A DNA stretch of 64,000 nucleotides from Gemmatimonadota bacterium (GCA_034521595.1 JAXHMG010000003.1:320001-384000), one strand, 5' to 3'; shown: positions 37,854 to 50,000, numbered from the stretch's first letter. Translations and numbers: made by a program. Notes: generated from the sequence alone by a model not told the origin.

Positions 37854-39924
37854 ATGACCGACCCCACCGTTCACCGCCGGCAATCTTTGAAGGTCGCGGC
37901 CCTCCTCGCGGCACTGCTTTTACACGCATGCGACGGCACGAGCGTCATCGAGGTCGAGGAGGACCCGGAAGCCGAGCTCACGCTGTCCACCGCGGGTGTC
38001 GCGTTGGAGGGGGTCGCTGGAGGGGCGACGCCCGACTCCGTGGCGGTGGACATCACGAACGAGCTCGAGGGGCCCTTGAGTGGACTGGACGTCACCGTCG
38101 CGTACGACGACGGCCAGCCGACCGACTGGCTTTCGGCCTCCCTCGAAGCCACGGTCGCGCCGACCTCGCTCACACTGGTCGCGAGCGCGCAGGCGCTGGA
38201 TGCCGGCACGTATGCCGCATCCGTCGCCGTGACCGCGGACGAGGTCGGGGAGGGCCGGGTCGTGGCCGCGGTCGACCTTCGGCGTCGATCTCCGCCCGGA
38301 TCTTCAGCGGTACGAGAGGCTTCGACGTGTCCGCTTCCTCCGTGGGGGTGGGCGCGGAGATCGACTACGGCGCGTTCGCCGTCCGCAACCAGGGCGGGGT
38401 CGGCGCGGGCGCCTTCGACAGCGGATTGTACCTCTCCGCGGATTCGACGATCACCGCGGACGACACGCGCCTCACCGGCTTCTCGATCGACGCGCTCGGC
38501 GCGGGAGAGGAAATGGTGCGGCCGGCCGGGGCGATCACCATCCCCGGCGAGGCTTCAGGCGGGGAGATGTTCGTGGGCGTGCTGGTGGACGAGGTCGATG
38601 CGGTCCGGGAGTCGGACGAATCGAACAACGCCCGGAGCGTTCCCGTGACGGTCACGGCCGCGGATCCCCCGGCCATCGGCCTCGCGCCGACGGTCGCGGT
38701 GTTCGACGCGGTCGAGGGGGAGGGGGATCCCGACGACCAGGTGATCACCATTACCAATGAAGGGGGCGGGACCCTGTCCGGCCTGGCCGTTACCATTGCC
38801 TACGGAAACGGGGCGCCCGAGGGTTGGCTGACCGCCTCTCTGAGCGCAACGGAGGCGCCGGCGGTCCTCACGCTCAGCGCTTCCGTGGGCTCGGTGCCCG
38901 AGGGAGAGCACATGGCCTGGCTCCACATCTCGGCCGACGGCGCGGGCGACCGCGTGCTGAACCCCCGCCTCGTGGTCTCTCCGCCGCCTTCGCCCGTCAT
39001 CGCGTTGTCCGAACGCCGTCTGCTGTTGACCGCCCCGGCCGACGGAAGCGGCCCACCTTCGCAGGACGTCCAGATCGAGAATTCCGGGCAGGCAACGCTG
39101 AGCGGGCTCGCAGTTGGCGTAACCTACCTCGACCCCGAAGAGGGCTGGCTAACGTCGTTGCTGAGCGACACCGAGGCTCCGGCGACGCTCACGGTCGGCG
39201 CGGACGCGGACGGACTGGATCCGGGGGCGTACTTCGCGCAGCTCGAGGTTTCCAGGCGTTCCAGGATGGTGTGGCCCCAGAGACCCTCGATGTGAGGCTC
39301 GACGTGGAGCCCGACGTTTACACGCTGCGGGTGGAGCCCGACGTTTACACGCTGCGGGTCGACCGGAACATCGCCTCTGCGGGTAGCGTCTTCGTCTCCC
39401 CGCGTGCGGACACGCTGTGGACCGAGGGGGCGAGCGTGACGTTGACGGTGATGCCGGAGCCGGGCTTCCGCTTCTCGCATTGGAGCGGCGACGCCTCGGG
39501 GGACGAGAACCCGCTCGATCTGGTCATGGATTCGGACAAGGCGATCACGGCTCAGTTCGAGCTGGCGCCTCCGACCTTGATCGCTCCGTCGGAAAGCGCC
39601 GGCACGTTCACCCTGGAGTGGCACTTCGACTGGCCGTGCCCCACGACGCTCTGTATCGGGACCACCCGGGACCGCTACGAGGTCGAGGAGTCCACGACGT
39701 CGCCGTCGGAGGGGTTCGAGCTCATCGACACCTCGCTGGGCCGCCAGAGCCCCGATTCTCTCGAGCTGACCCGTCCCCCGGGCACCTACCACTACCGCGT
39801 TCGAGCCGTGGACGAAGCCAACTACGGTCCCTCGCCCTACAGTGCGGTGCGGACCGTGGTCGTGGAGGACGGGGGCGCGGCGACGGCTCGGATCCGGACG
39901 CTCGACGACGGAGGTGATCGATGA
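37854..39924 (+). CDS. Paralogous Ig-like surface lipoprotein, two frameshifts (~38280, ~39255)
   Basis: Pieces lie in ORFs 37740, 37679 and 38824: LHAC lipobox, VRESDESNN, GFRFSHWSG and WPCPTTLC. Confidence 0.65.
39304..39357 (+). repeat. Perfect 27-bp tandem duplication (VEPDVYTLR x2)
   Basis: GTGGAGCCCGACGTTTACACGCTGCGG occurs twice. Confidence 0.9.
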
Positions 39925-41315
39925 CCGCACGACCCCTGGCGCTCGGAATCCTGCTCGTTCTCGCGCTCCTCTGCGCCGCGTGCGGTTCCTCCTCGACGGC
40001 GCCCGAAGACGATGTGGGGATCGGCGATACGGGGAACACGAACGGATCGGACGACGACGGCAACGACGGTGATGACGAAGAGCCGTGCGAGCCATCCTCC
40101 CTTCCCTGGATGGCGTCGGGCAACTTCTGGAACGTGTCCTGGTCGTGGCTCGAGGCCGGAGAGAACTGGTGGCAATCCACGTCGTACGCCGACTACGACG
40201 CCGGCGCGTACACCATGCAGCTCGGGGCGAGCTCAGAAGTCGAGGGCCTCACGATGTACGACCTCGAGACCAGCGGGAACGTGGACGAATTCGCGCCGCT
40301 CTGGAGTCGCATAGGTACCGACGGGTGCGGCAACGTATACGGCCAGGCATCGGCGGGGACCTCTCCTGTCCTCGTCTACTCGGAGACGGATTCCGAGTGG
40401 TCCGGGACGGGCTTCTGGACGGATTTCACCGAGTTCTCGGGCTCGGTCTCGGTGAGCCGCGGGGCCTCGATGATCTCCAGTCAATACACCGATCGCTTGC
40501 CGTACTTCGAGCCTCCCCTCACCGCGGTGGGCCACGCGTCCGACGAAACCAACTACAGCCCGGGCGGGTGTGACTACTTCCCGGGATACGGGACGATCTG
40601 CACGGAGGCGAGCTCGGGGCCCACCGAGGGGACGCGGCTCTTCGAGTACTGGGACGCCGAGGCGGGACCCGTGGGCATGCACCTCGCCCGGGACTACGAG
40701 GACTGCCTGGGCGTGGCCTGCGAGAGCGAGCACGTGGAGCGACGGGTCGAGGTATGGTTCTTCGGCGACGCCGGCTCCGAGCCGATCCGCTTCGAGCAGG
40801 AGCCCGACAGCTACGCCGACCCCACGGAGTTCCCCTTGAGCGAGGATCTGTTCGCGATGTTCGGCGCGATCAGCGAGTACGACGTGCCGTCCGGATACCT
40901 CGGGGGATACGATGCCGGCGCCGAGATGGACCTGGCGGCCGCCGTCCACGATTGGTTCGCCTTCGAAGTCCCGCCCGAGCTGGCCGGCCGTACGGTGGAG
41001 TTCTATCTGGCCTGGGACGCCGACGTGGAATTGGGCTTCCATCTCTTCAGCGCGCCGGACAACGGTGCGCTGGGCTTCGCCTATCTCGCCGAGAGCCTCG
41101 ACTTCCCGGAATGGGAGGAGACGAGCCACGCACGGTTCTTCTCGGGCCGGTTCCAGGCAGGCACGTATCTGCTCGGCGTCATCCGGAACACGGAGGCGGA
41201 GACCGAGACCCGTTACGGTGTCATCGGCGTGGCCGAGGCGGAGGCGAGCGCGGCCGCGGCGCGGGTGCTGTCGGCCGAGCGGCTGCGTGACGGGATGGCG
41301 ATCGAGGGACCCTGA
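39921..41315 (+). CDS. Hypothetical acidic lipoprotein
   Basis: Lipobox CAACG, D-rich linker, ATGA-coupled to the upstream gene. Confidence 0.7.
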   Translation: MTARPLALGILLVLALLCAACGSSSTAPEDDVGIGDTGNTNGSDDDGNDGDDEEPCEPSSLPWMASGNFWNVSWSWLEAGENWWQSTSYADYDAGAYTMQLGASSEVEGLTMYDLETSGNVDEFAPLWSRIGTDGCGNVYGQASAGTSPVLVYSETDSEWSGTGFWTDFTEFSGSVSVSRGASMISSQYTDRLPYFEPPLTAVGHASDETNYSPGGCDYFPGYGTICTEASSGPTEGTRLFEYWDAEAGPVGMHLARDYEDCLGVACESEHVERRVEVWFFGDAGSEPIRFEQEPDSYADPTEFPLSEDLFAMFGAISEYDVPSGYLGGYDAGAEMDLAAAVHDWFAFEVPPELAGRTVEFYLAWDADVELGFHLFSAPDNGALGFAYLAESLDFPEWEETSHARFFSGRFQAGTYLLGVIRNTEAETETRYGVIGVAEAEASAAAARVLSAERLRDGMAIEGP

Positions 41316-41400
41316 AGCGCTGGAGAGCCGGCCTTTTCCGGATCGCTCGGGGAGCTTACGGTGCATCTCGGTAGGCCTCCACCGAGTCGGGAGTCTCACG

Positions 41401-42678
41401 ATGTCACGCTTCCTCGCCCCCACCATCGCCCTCGGCGTCGCGCTTGCGCTCGCGGGTCCCGTCGATGTACGAGCCCAGGCCACCGCGTACACGGGAGCGA
41501 CCGTCTGGGACGGCACCGGTGCACCGTCGCGGCTCGATGTCACCATGTTGGTCGAGGGAGGGCGCATCGCGGAGATCGGGCCGGACGTCTCGGTGCCGGC
41601 CACGGCTCGGACCGTGTCGCTCGACGGCAAGTTCGTCATCCCGGGGCTGGTGAACGCCCACGGGCACGTGACCGGAGGATGGGCCACCGACCCGTCCGCG
41701 AGCGAGGAAGAGCGGATCCGTCAGGATCTGCGGCTCTACGCGCGGTACGGAGTCACGAGCGTGAATAGCCTCGGCGACGGACGGGCCGCGCTCGCCGTGG
41801 CGAGCGAAGCGCACGACGGCCGGACCCACGCCCGCCTCCTCGCCGCCGGTCCGGTGGTGACCGCGCACGATCGGCTGGCGGCTCGGGAAGCGGCCCGCCG
41901 GAACGTCGAGGCGGGGGCCGCCTGGCTGAAGCTACGGGTGGACGACAACCTCGGCAGCTCGGAGCCCATGCCCTGGGACGCGGTCGCGGCCGTGCTCGAA
42001 GTCGGTGTGGAGCACGGCGTTCCGGTCGCCACGCATCTCTTCTACCTCGACGACGCCCGGCGGCTGCTCGAGCTGGGCACGGACCTCGTGGCGCACTCGG
42101 TGCGCGACAGGGAAGTGGACGCGGACTTCGTGGCCCAGCTCACCGAGTCGGGGGTGTGCTACGTGCCGACCTTGACCCGCGAAGTGAGCACCTTCGTCTA
42201 CGGCAGTCGACCGGACTTCTTCGACGATCCGTTCTTCCGGCGGTTCGCGTTGGCGCGCGAGGTGCGGCGGCTCGAGCAGCCGGAGGTGCAGCGCCGGTTC
42301 CGCGAGAGCGCGAGCGCGGAGGGGTATCGGCGGGCGCTTCCCCGGGCCGAAGCGAACCTCGTCACGCTCCACGAAGCCGGGGCGCGCATCGCGTTCGGCA
42401 CCGATTCGGGGCCTCCGGCGCGCTTTCCCGGCTACTTCGAGCACATGGAGCTCTGGATGATGGTCGAGGCCGGCCTCACACCCGCCGAGGCCCTGCGGAG
42501 CGCGACGGCCGTCGCCGCCGACTGCAGCGGCTTCACCGAGGTGGGCACGCTGGAAGTAGGACGTCGGGCCGACTTTCTCGTGCTCGGTGAGGATCCCACG
42601 GTGGACATCGAGGCGACCCGCAGCCTCGAGCGGGTGTTCGTGGGCGGCCGGGAAGTGTCCATGGCGCCGGGTGGCTGA
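41401..42678 (+). CDS. Exported amidohydrolase family protein
   Basis: GKFVIPGLVNAHGH, FGTDSG and GTLEVGRRADFLVL, with a signal peptide. Confidence 0.88.
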   Translation: MSRFLAPTIALGVALALAGPVDVRAQATAYTGATVWDGTGAPSRLDVTMLVEGGRIAEIGPDVSVPATARTVSLDGKFVIPGLVNAHGHVTGGWATDPSASEEERIRQDLRLYARYGVTSVNSLGDGRAALAVASEAHDGRTHARLLAAGPVVTAHDRLAAREAARRNVEAGAAWLKLRVDDNLGSSEPMPWDAVAAVLEVGVEHGVPVATHLFYLDDARRLLELGTDLVAHSVRDREVDADFVAQLTESGVCYVPTLTREVSTFVYGSRPDFFDDPFFRRFALAREVRRLEQPEVQRRFRESASAEGYRRALPRAEANLVTLHEAGARIAFGTDSGPPARFPGYFEHMELWMMVEAGLTPAEALRSATAVAADCSGFTEVGTLEVGRRADFLVLGEDPTVDIEATRSLERVFVGGREVSMAPGG

Positions 42679-42770
42679 GGCGCTCCCTCTCCACGGGGCG
42701 CGTTCGTTTCCGGGAACTCTTTTGACCGCCCTCGCGTCCTGTCCGTGAGCGGATGGGCACCTTCCTCACG

Positions 42771-43715
42771 TCAGCTCAGCAAACCCAGCGCCAACGCCAG
42801 CAGCGTGATTCCGCTCAGCACCCAGACCGTGCGATCCGAGCGGTGGAGAAGCACGTGGGTGGTGAGCGTGGCCCCGATGGGGGAGGCGAACGCGTAGATG
42901 ATCACGAAGGTCATGCCCATCTCGCCCGCCAGGGCGCGCATCGACCCCACGAGGGTGCCTCCGGACTCGGCGATGGCCTGGGCGAGGTCGATCAGGGTGA
43001 ACAGGAGCACGAACACGGCGCCGAGCTGCAGATACAGCCGCGCTTCGGCCCGGGCCCGCTTTCGGAAGAACGCCGACATCGTGCCCACGACCGGCCGAAG
43101 GAGGAGTGCCAGCGGTCCGCCGGGATCGTTGACGTGGTAGAAGAGCCGCAACCGGTGGCTCCAGCGGTCGAGGGCCCGGAACACGGGGCGCCTCGCGAGG
43201 GCTTCCCAACGCGCGCCCATATTGGTGACGACCACGAGCACGAGGATCGCCACCACGCCCTCGAAGTTGCCCGTCGAGGTGCTCACGGCCCCCAGAGCCG
43301 AGCCGGCGATCAGGAGGACGAACGCGTCGCCGGCTAGCCGGACGCGCCCGCCCCGGCCGGGAGCCCATGCGGGCGGCCCCGCGAGCACGCTTCGGTCGAG
43401 CGAGGGCATGAAGGCGAGGGCGACCGGTGGAAGCCCGAGCCGCTCACGCCGTTCCTGCTCCTCGTTGAACGCCTCGATCATTCCGTTCAGCCGGAGGCCG
43501 TCGATGAGCCACCAGACGAAGAGCCCCCCGCTCGTGAAGAGCATGAGGACGCCGGTGCCCGTGCGCTCGAGGTAGAAGCGATGGCCCCCGAGCCAGCCGG
43601 TCGTCACCCACAGGAGCCAGGTCACGAGCGGGTGCTTTCGAGGATACCGGTAGAGGTCCTCGAGCACCGCGCGTGAGACGTCCGGGTCTCGCCGTCGCAT
43701 GGAGCTGGGGGACAT
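42771..43715 (-). CDS. TM2/NINE domain membrane protein
   Basis: KHPLVTWLLWVTTGWLGGHRFYL...WWLID. Confidence 0.85.
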   Translation of the reverse strand: MSPSSMRRRDPDVSRAVLEDLYRYPRKHPLVTWLLWVTTGWLGGHRFYLERTGTGVLMLFTSGGLFVWWLIDGLRLNGMIEAFNEEQERRERLGLPPVALAFMPSLDRSVLAGPPAWAPGRGGRVRLAGDAFVLLIAGSALGAVSTSTGNFEGVVAILVLVVVTNMGARWEALARRPVFRALDRWSHRLRLFYHVNDPGGPLALLLRPVVGTMSAFFRKRARAEARLYLQLGAVFVLLFTLIDLAQAIAESGGTLVGSMRALAGEMGMTFVIIYAFASPIGATLTTHVLLHRSDRTVWVLSGITLLALALGLLS

Positions 43716-43729
43716 CGCTTGACGTGCGC

Positions 43730-46700
43730 TCAGCTCACCAGTCGTCCCGTGCTGATCGTCGGAAGGCCCTCTTCCTGGAGCAGCTGGTTGAGGCGCGCGA
43801 TGTCCTCCTGAATGATCCGCTGCAACTCGTCGAGCTGGTCTTGAAGCTCGTCCGAGAGCACCTCGTACACGTCATACGACTGATCCGTCGGACGGTACTC
43901 GCTCCCTTCCACCAGGTTGAGCAAGGCCGCCAGCTTGTTGTTGAGCCGGATGGGATAGTTGAGTGGGTCCTGAGCGGATTCCGAGCGTGTCTGGTAGATC
44001 TCCTCTTCGACGGCGGTCAGGCGCTCGCGCACCAACTCGGCCAGCTCTTCGGTCGAGGGGCGCTCGGTGCGGTCCCCGCGATCGTCGACCTCGTCCCTGA
44101 GGTCGCGGATCCGGATGACCGCCTCGTTGGCTTCCGAGACACGGTCTCGGAGCTGGCTGGCGAACCGGAAGCGCTCTTCGAGATCCGCCAGCGTCACGCC
44201 TTCGTCTTCCGCGCGCGGGTTCATGTGGATCTCGAAATCACGGGTCTGGCTCTCCCCGTCCACGGTCAGCCGGACTTCGTAGGGCCCGGGCAGGAGCGCC
44301 GGCCCGATGGGTCCCGCGGCCCAGAAGATCCGGCCCTCGAAGTCCGTCCAGGCCTGATCGCGCATGTTCCACGCGAAGGTGTGCGCGCCCGCCTCGCGGG
44401 GCGGGCCCTCTTCAGCCTCCTCGGGCGGCTCGCCGTCCTCCCCGGCTTCTTCCTGGCCGGGGCCGGATCCGTAGGACGTCACGACGTTCCCTTCCTCGTC
44501 CAGAAACTCCAGCGCCACGCTGTCGGCGTCCTCGGACAGGTGGTAGTAGACCCGGACGCCGCTGTCGAAACCGCGGATGGGATCCCGGGGGTCGTAGAGC
44601 CAAAAGTCGGACTCGGCGACCCGCGGGGTGAGCTGTCGCAGCACGTCGATGTCCCGCATCACCCAGAACGAGCGGCCGTGGGTCCCGATGACCAGGTCGT
44701 GCTCCTCCACCACCAGGTCGCTCACCTGCACCACGGGGAGGTTCAGGTCCAGCGGCTGCCAGTGCTCGCCGTCGTTCCAAGAGATGTAGACGGTCCGCTC
44801 CGACGCCGCGTAGAGCAGGCCCGGCACCTCGGGGTCTTCGCGTACCGCCCGGATGAAGTCGTCCTCCGGGATCCCGTCCACGATCTTGGTCCAGGTCTGG
44901 CCGTAGTCCTCGGTCTTCCAGACGTAGGGCGCGCGGTCGTTCTCCACGAGGTAGCGGATGCCCGCGACGTAGGCTTTGCCCGGAGTGGTGGGTGAGGACT
45001 CGATCGTGTTGATCCGGATGAGATAGGGTGCGTCCGGAGGGGTCACGTTCTCCCAGGCGGGATCGTCCTCTCGTCCGTTCCGGGTCACCCAGACCCAGCC
45101 GTCGTCCGAGCCGGCCCAGATCACATCCGGATCGTGGTAGGACGGGGCGATCGCAAAGACGGTCGCGAACGTCTCGACCCCGGTCTGATCCTTCGTGATG
45201 GGCCCACCCGCGGCGACCATCGTCGAGTCGATCGAGCGTGACAGTTCCGGGCTGATCTCCTCCCAGCTCTGTCCCTCGGTAGTGGTGCGCCAGACCTTGT
45301 GCGTGCCCGTGTAAAGAATGCCGGGATCGTGCCGGTCGAAGACGATCGGGAAAGTCCACTGGACGCGCTCCCGGATGGACTCGGAGGCGTGCCCCATGGG
45401 GTTCTCCGGCCAGACGTTCACGGCTCGCGTGAGTCCCGTTTCGTGGTCGTACCGGGACAGCGATCCCCCGTAACACCCAGCGTAGAAGAGGTCGGTGTCC
45501 TCGGGGTGCGGCGCGATGTAGCCGCTCTCGCACCCGCCCACGGCGTAGTAGTGGTCACCCGGCGCCGCGGACAAATGGCCCCAGTTGCCGGACGGCATGC
45601 ACGCCGTGGAGTTGTCCTGCTGCGCGCCGCAGATGTGGTAGGGCTCGTGCGCGGTCGTGATGACCCGGTAGAACTGCGCGGTCGGATAAGTCTGGTCGGT
45701 CCAGGTATCGCCCCCGTTGAACGAAACGTTTCCGCCGCCGTCGTTCGCGTTGATCATACGGTCCGGGTCGCTGGGCGCGATCCAGAGGTCGTGGTTGTCC
45801 CCGTGCGGCACGCTGATCCGCGTGTCGAAGTTCTCGCCGCCGTCGTCGGAGCGATACATCCCGACGTTCAACGCGTAGACGCGGTCCTCGTCCTGCGGGT
45901 CGGCGTAGATGCGGCTGTAGTAGAACGCCCGCTGGCGCAGGTTCGCGTCGTCGTTGACGTGCTCCCACGTCTCACCCCCGTCGTCCGAGCGGTGGACGCC
46001 GCCCATCGACTCGTGCTCGACGATGGCCCAGACCCTTTGGGAGTTCGCGGGTGAGACCGCTACGCCGATCTTTCCCACCGGAGTGCGTGGCTCGAGCCCG
46101 AGGGCGTCGGTCAGCTCCGTCCAGGTCTCGCCGCCGTCGGTCGACTTCCAGAGCCCGGAATCCTCACCGCCTGAGGACAGCGACCAGCTCTTCCGCCACG
46201 CTTCCCAGATCGAGGCGTACAGGACGTCCGGGTCGTTGGCGTCAACGACCAGGTCGACGGCGCCGGCCGCATCGCTCTCGTAGAGGGTGCGCTCCCACGT
46301 TTCGCCGCCGTCGGTCGTCTTGTAGACGCCTCGTTCCGGATTTGGCGCGGAGTGGACGCCGAGTGCCGCGACCCATGCCACGTCACAGTCCTCGGGGTGG
46401 ATGCGGATCCGCCCGATGTTCTGAGTGGCCTCCAGGCCCACATGCGTCCACGTCTCGCCGGCGTCGTCCGAGCGGTACACGCCGTCGCCCTGCTGCACGT
46501 TGCCGCGGAGCTGGACCTCGCCCCCGCCGATGTAGACGACGTCGGGGTTCGCCTCGCATACCTGGACCGCGCCGATCGAGGCCGACGTGATCTGGCCGTC
46601 GGTCACCGGGCCCCACGTCTGCCCGCCGTCGGCGGTCTTCCAGAGTCCCCCGCCGGTCGCACCGAAGTAGTACTCGAGGGGGCGGCTGTCGCTCCCGGCT

Positions 46701-46861
46701 ACCGCGATGGATCGCCCCCCCCGCGCCGGCCCGAGGTTGGTCCACTCCAAGGCGCCGTAGAGGCTCTCTTCGTACTGCTGGGCGTGTGTCGCTTCGGGTA
46801 AGGCGACGACGCTCACGGCCGCCGCGACCGTGGTGCGGAGAAAGACACGGACGATATTCAT
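43730..46861 (-). CDS. VPS10/sortilin-like BNR-repeat protein (putative glycosyl hydrolase)
   Basis: GPARGGRS, many S/T-x-D-G-G-x-T-W Asp-boxes, HGDNHDLWI and GTHGRSFW. Confidence 0.88.
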   Translation of the reverse strand: MNIVRVFLRTTVAAAVSVVALPEATHAQQYEESLYGALEWTNLGPARGGRSIAVAGSDSRPLEYYFGATGGGLWKTADGGQTWGPVTDGQITSASIGAVQVCEANPDVVYIGGGEVQLRGNVQQGDGVYRSDDAGETWTHVGLEATQNIGRIRIHPEDCDVAWVAALGVHSAPNPERGVYKTTDGGETWERTLYESDAAGAVDLVVDANDPDVLYASIWEAWRKSWSLSSGGEDSGLWKSTDGGETWTELTDALGLEPRTPVGKIGVAVSPANSQRVWAIVEHESMGGVHRSDDGGETWEHVNDDANLRQRAFYYSRIYADPQDEDRVYALNVGMYRSDDGGENFDTRISVPHGDNHDLWIAPSDPDRMINANDGGGNVSFNGGDTWTDQTYPTAQFYRVITTAHEPYHICGAQQDNSTACMPSGNWGHLSAAPGDHYYAVGGCESGYIAPHPEDTDLFYAGCYGGSLSRYDHETGLTRAVNVWPENPMGHASESIRERVQWTFPIVFDRHDPGILYTGTHKVWRTTTEGQSWEEISPELSRSIDSTMVAAGGPITKDQTGVETFATVFAIAPSYHDPDVIWAGSDDGWVWVTRNGREDDPAWENVTPPDAPYLIRINTIESSPTTPGKAYVAGIRYLVENDRAPYVWKTEDYGQTWTKIVDGIPEDDFIRAVREDPEVPGLLYAASERTVYISWNDGEHWQPLDLNLPVVQVSDLVVEEHDLVIGTHGRSFWVMRDIDVLRQLTPRVAESDFWLYDPRDPIRGFDSGVRVYYHLSEDADSVALEFLDEEGNVVTSYGSGPGQEEAGEDGEPPEEAEEGPPREAGAHTFAWNMRDQAWTDFEGRIFWAAGPIGPALLPGPYEVRLTVDGESQTRDFEIHMNPRAEDEGVTLADLEERFRFASQLRDRVSEANEAVIRIRDLRDEVDDRGDRTERPSTEELAELVRERLTAVEEEIYQTRSESAQDPLNYPIRLNNKLAALLNLVEGSEYRPTDQSYDVYEVLSDELQDQLDELQRIIQEDIARLNQLLQEEGLPTISTGRLVS

Positions 46862-47064
46862 GGGTGCTGCCTCGTCGGATGCGGGACCGTCTGCTTCACC
46901 TGGAGCGTCGGAGGCTCCGACCCTCCCCTCAGGCTACGGTTCACCCGGGAAGGAAGCAACGGAGTGGCGCTCCCCGGCCGGGGCGGTGCTTGTGGCCACC
47001 TTCCGAGCGCCTCACTTTGACCGGACATGGCCACCCCCACGATCCACCGAGCTGGAGTCTTCCC

Positions 47065-50000
47065 GTGACGACCTTGCCCAGGTACTCCGTCTTCCTTTCA
47101 CCCTCCCGCGTCGTCCCGGCGATGTTCGGGCTCGTCGCGATGGCTCTAGCCGGGGTCGGAGCGACTGCACAGCAGGGCCCGGCCGAGCCCATGGCCCCCG
47201 CGGCCTTCGACGAAGCGCGCTTCGCAGACCTGAGCTACCGCTCCATCGGGCCCAGCCGGGGCGGCCGCGTGACGGCCGTGGCCGGGCATCCCGCGCATCC
47301 GTCGACGTTTTACATGGGCAGTACCGGCGGAGGGGTCTGGAAGACCTCGAATCGGGGGCATAGCTGGGAGAACATCTCCGACGAGTATTTCCGCGACAGC
47401 CCGGCGATCGGAGCCATCAGGGTCGCCCCGTCCAACACCGATATCGTCTACGTGGGCACCGGATCGGACGGCATCCGCTCGAACATCATCATCGGAAGCG
47501 GCATGTACCGCTCCGACGATGCCGGCGAGAGCTGGCGGCACATCGGGCTGGCCGAAGCCGGCCAGATCGGGCGCATGGTGGTCCATCCGGAAAACCCCGA
47601 CGTCGTCTACGTGGGCGCGGTGGGTAACCCGTTCGGTCCGAACGAGGAGCGCGGGCTATACAAGACCACCGACGGCGGAGAGACATGGGAGCCGAAGCTG
47701 CAGATCGCGGACAGCGTCGGGGTCTACAGCGTCGTCATGGAACCGGGCGACCCGGACGTCATCTACGCCACCACGTGGCGTGCGCAGCGTGACCCGTGGT
47801 CGATCATCAGCGGGATGGAAGCGTCCGGCGGTGGTGGCATCTATAAGTCCACCGATGCCGGGGAGAGCTGGGAGAAGCTCACCGAGGGACTTCCCTCCGG
47901 CCTCATCGGCAAGATCGACCTCACCATCTCGGACGCGGCGCCGCGGCGCATCTACGCGCTCGTGGAGGCGGTGGACGAAGAGCGGGGGGTCTACCGCTCC
48001 GACGATGCCGGTCGCACGTGGCGGCAGACGAGCAACGAGGCCCGGTTGATATCGCGGCCGTTCTACTTCACCAACATTCACGCCGACCCGCAGAATCCGG
48101 ACCAGCTCTACGTCGGCAACGTCCGTTTCTACCGGTCCCAGGACGGAGGCGAGACCTGGGAGCGGCGGAGCACGCCGCACGCCGACAACCACGATCTCTG
48201 GATCAATCCCGAGAACCCGCGGATCCAGGTGCAGGGCAACGACGGCGGCGCCAACGTGACGTTGGATGGCGGAGAGACCTGGTCGTCGATCCACAACCAG
48301 CCGACGGCCGAGCTCTATCAGGTCGATGTGGACACGCGCTTCCCCTACTGGGTCTACGCCGGTCAGCAGGACAACTCGACGATCGCGGTGCCGAGCCTGC
48401 CGCCGTCGGAAGAGGCGACCTCCGGCCACGAAGCGTGGTGGCGGGCGATGGGCGGCTGCGAGACCGGGCCGGCCGTGCCGCGGCCGGACGTGGAGCCCCT
48501 CATCGTCTACTCCAACTGCAAGGGACGCTTCGGCCGCTACAGCATGGTGACCGGCCAGGAGCAGCAGTACTACGTGGGCGTGGTGGACATGTACGGGGTG
48601 AACCCGGAGGAGCTTCCGTACCGGTTCCAGCGCACGGTGCCGATCGAGGTATCGCCGCACGACCCGAACCTCGTCTTCCACGGCTCGCAGTACGTGCACC
48701 GCACGACCAACGCGGGCCAGACCTGGGTGCGCATCAGCCCCGACCTCACCGCCTTCCGACCCGAGCGGCAGGTCGTCTCCGGCGCCCCGATCAACCGGGA
48801 CATCACGGGTGAGGAGCACTACAGCACCCTGTACGCGATCGCCGCGTCTCCCCATTCGCGGGACGAGATCTGGGCGGGAGCGAATGACGGCCCGGTGCAC
48901 GTGACGCTGGACGGGGGCGATACCTGGACGGAGGTCACGCCGCCGGACATGCCTCCGGAGGGCCGGATCAACGATATCGCCGTCTCACCGCACACGCCCG
49001 GCAAGGTGTACGTGGCGGGGTATCGTTACCTGCTGGACGACTGGCGGCCCTATCTGTATCGCACCGAGGACTACGGCGAGACCTGGACGCACCTGACGCC
49101 GGGAGACAACGGGATCCCGGACGACAACCCGGTGCGGGTGGTGCGGGAGGACCCCGACAGGGAAGGGCTGCTGTATACCGGGACCGAGCGCGGCGTGTAC
49201 GTGTCGTTCGACGACGGCGCGAGCTGGCACTCCTTCCAGCTCGACCTGCCGGTGACACCGGTGACCGGGATCCAGGTGTTCCGGAAGGACCTGGTCCTCT
49301 CCACGATGGGCCGGGGATTCTACATCCTCGACAACCTGACGCCGCTCCATCAACTCGACACCGAGATCGAGCAGGCGGCGGCGCACCTCTTCGAGCCCCG
49401 CGCCGCGCACCGCATGCGGTACGGGTCCGGAGGCAACGCTCCGGGCGCACCGGAGTTCCCCAACCCGGGCGCTCGCATCGACTACTGGCTCGGCGACGGT
49501 TCGGCGGACGTGTCCCTGGAGATCCTGGACGCGGACGGGAACACCGTGCGGACGTTCCGGAGTCAGGACGGCGAGGAGGACGGGCCTTCGGCCGACCCCG
49601 GATTGAATCGGTTCCTGTGGGACCTTCGCTACCCCGGACCGCAAGGAGGCGGACGTGGCCCCATGGCGGTGCCGGGACGGTACACCGTGCGGCTCGACGC
49701 GGCCGGTGAGACCCACGAGGTCCCCCTCGAAGTGCTCATCGACCCCCGGGTCCGCGCCGACGGCACGACGTTGGTCGATCTGGAGCTCCAGTTCGAGCAC
49801 AACATGCGGGTCCGTGATCTGATCTCGGACGGGCGGCGGGCGCTCGAGCGGATCGAGGTCTTGGAGGAGCGCGCGAGCACCGAAGAGGAGCGCGCGGAGA
49901 TCCGAGAGGTGAAGCGTGTGCTGCTCCCGCCCGAGGACATCACGGTCTACCCGCCGCGGAGACTCATCGATCAGATCGACTACCTCTACGGAGCCACGAT

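Noticed and set aside
5180-39260. Programmed frameshifting at the scattered single-base frameshifts
   Set aside because: No slippery heptamers or shared context were seen. Consensus errors or decay are simpler explanations.
46935-46965. SRP RNA-like GGAAGGAAGCA motif
   Set aside because: Lacks the preceding CAGG and the long enclosing helix of 4.5S RNA.
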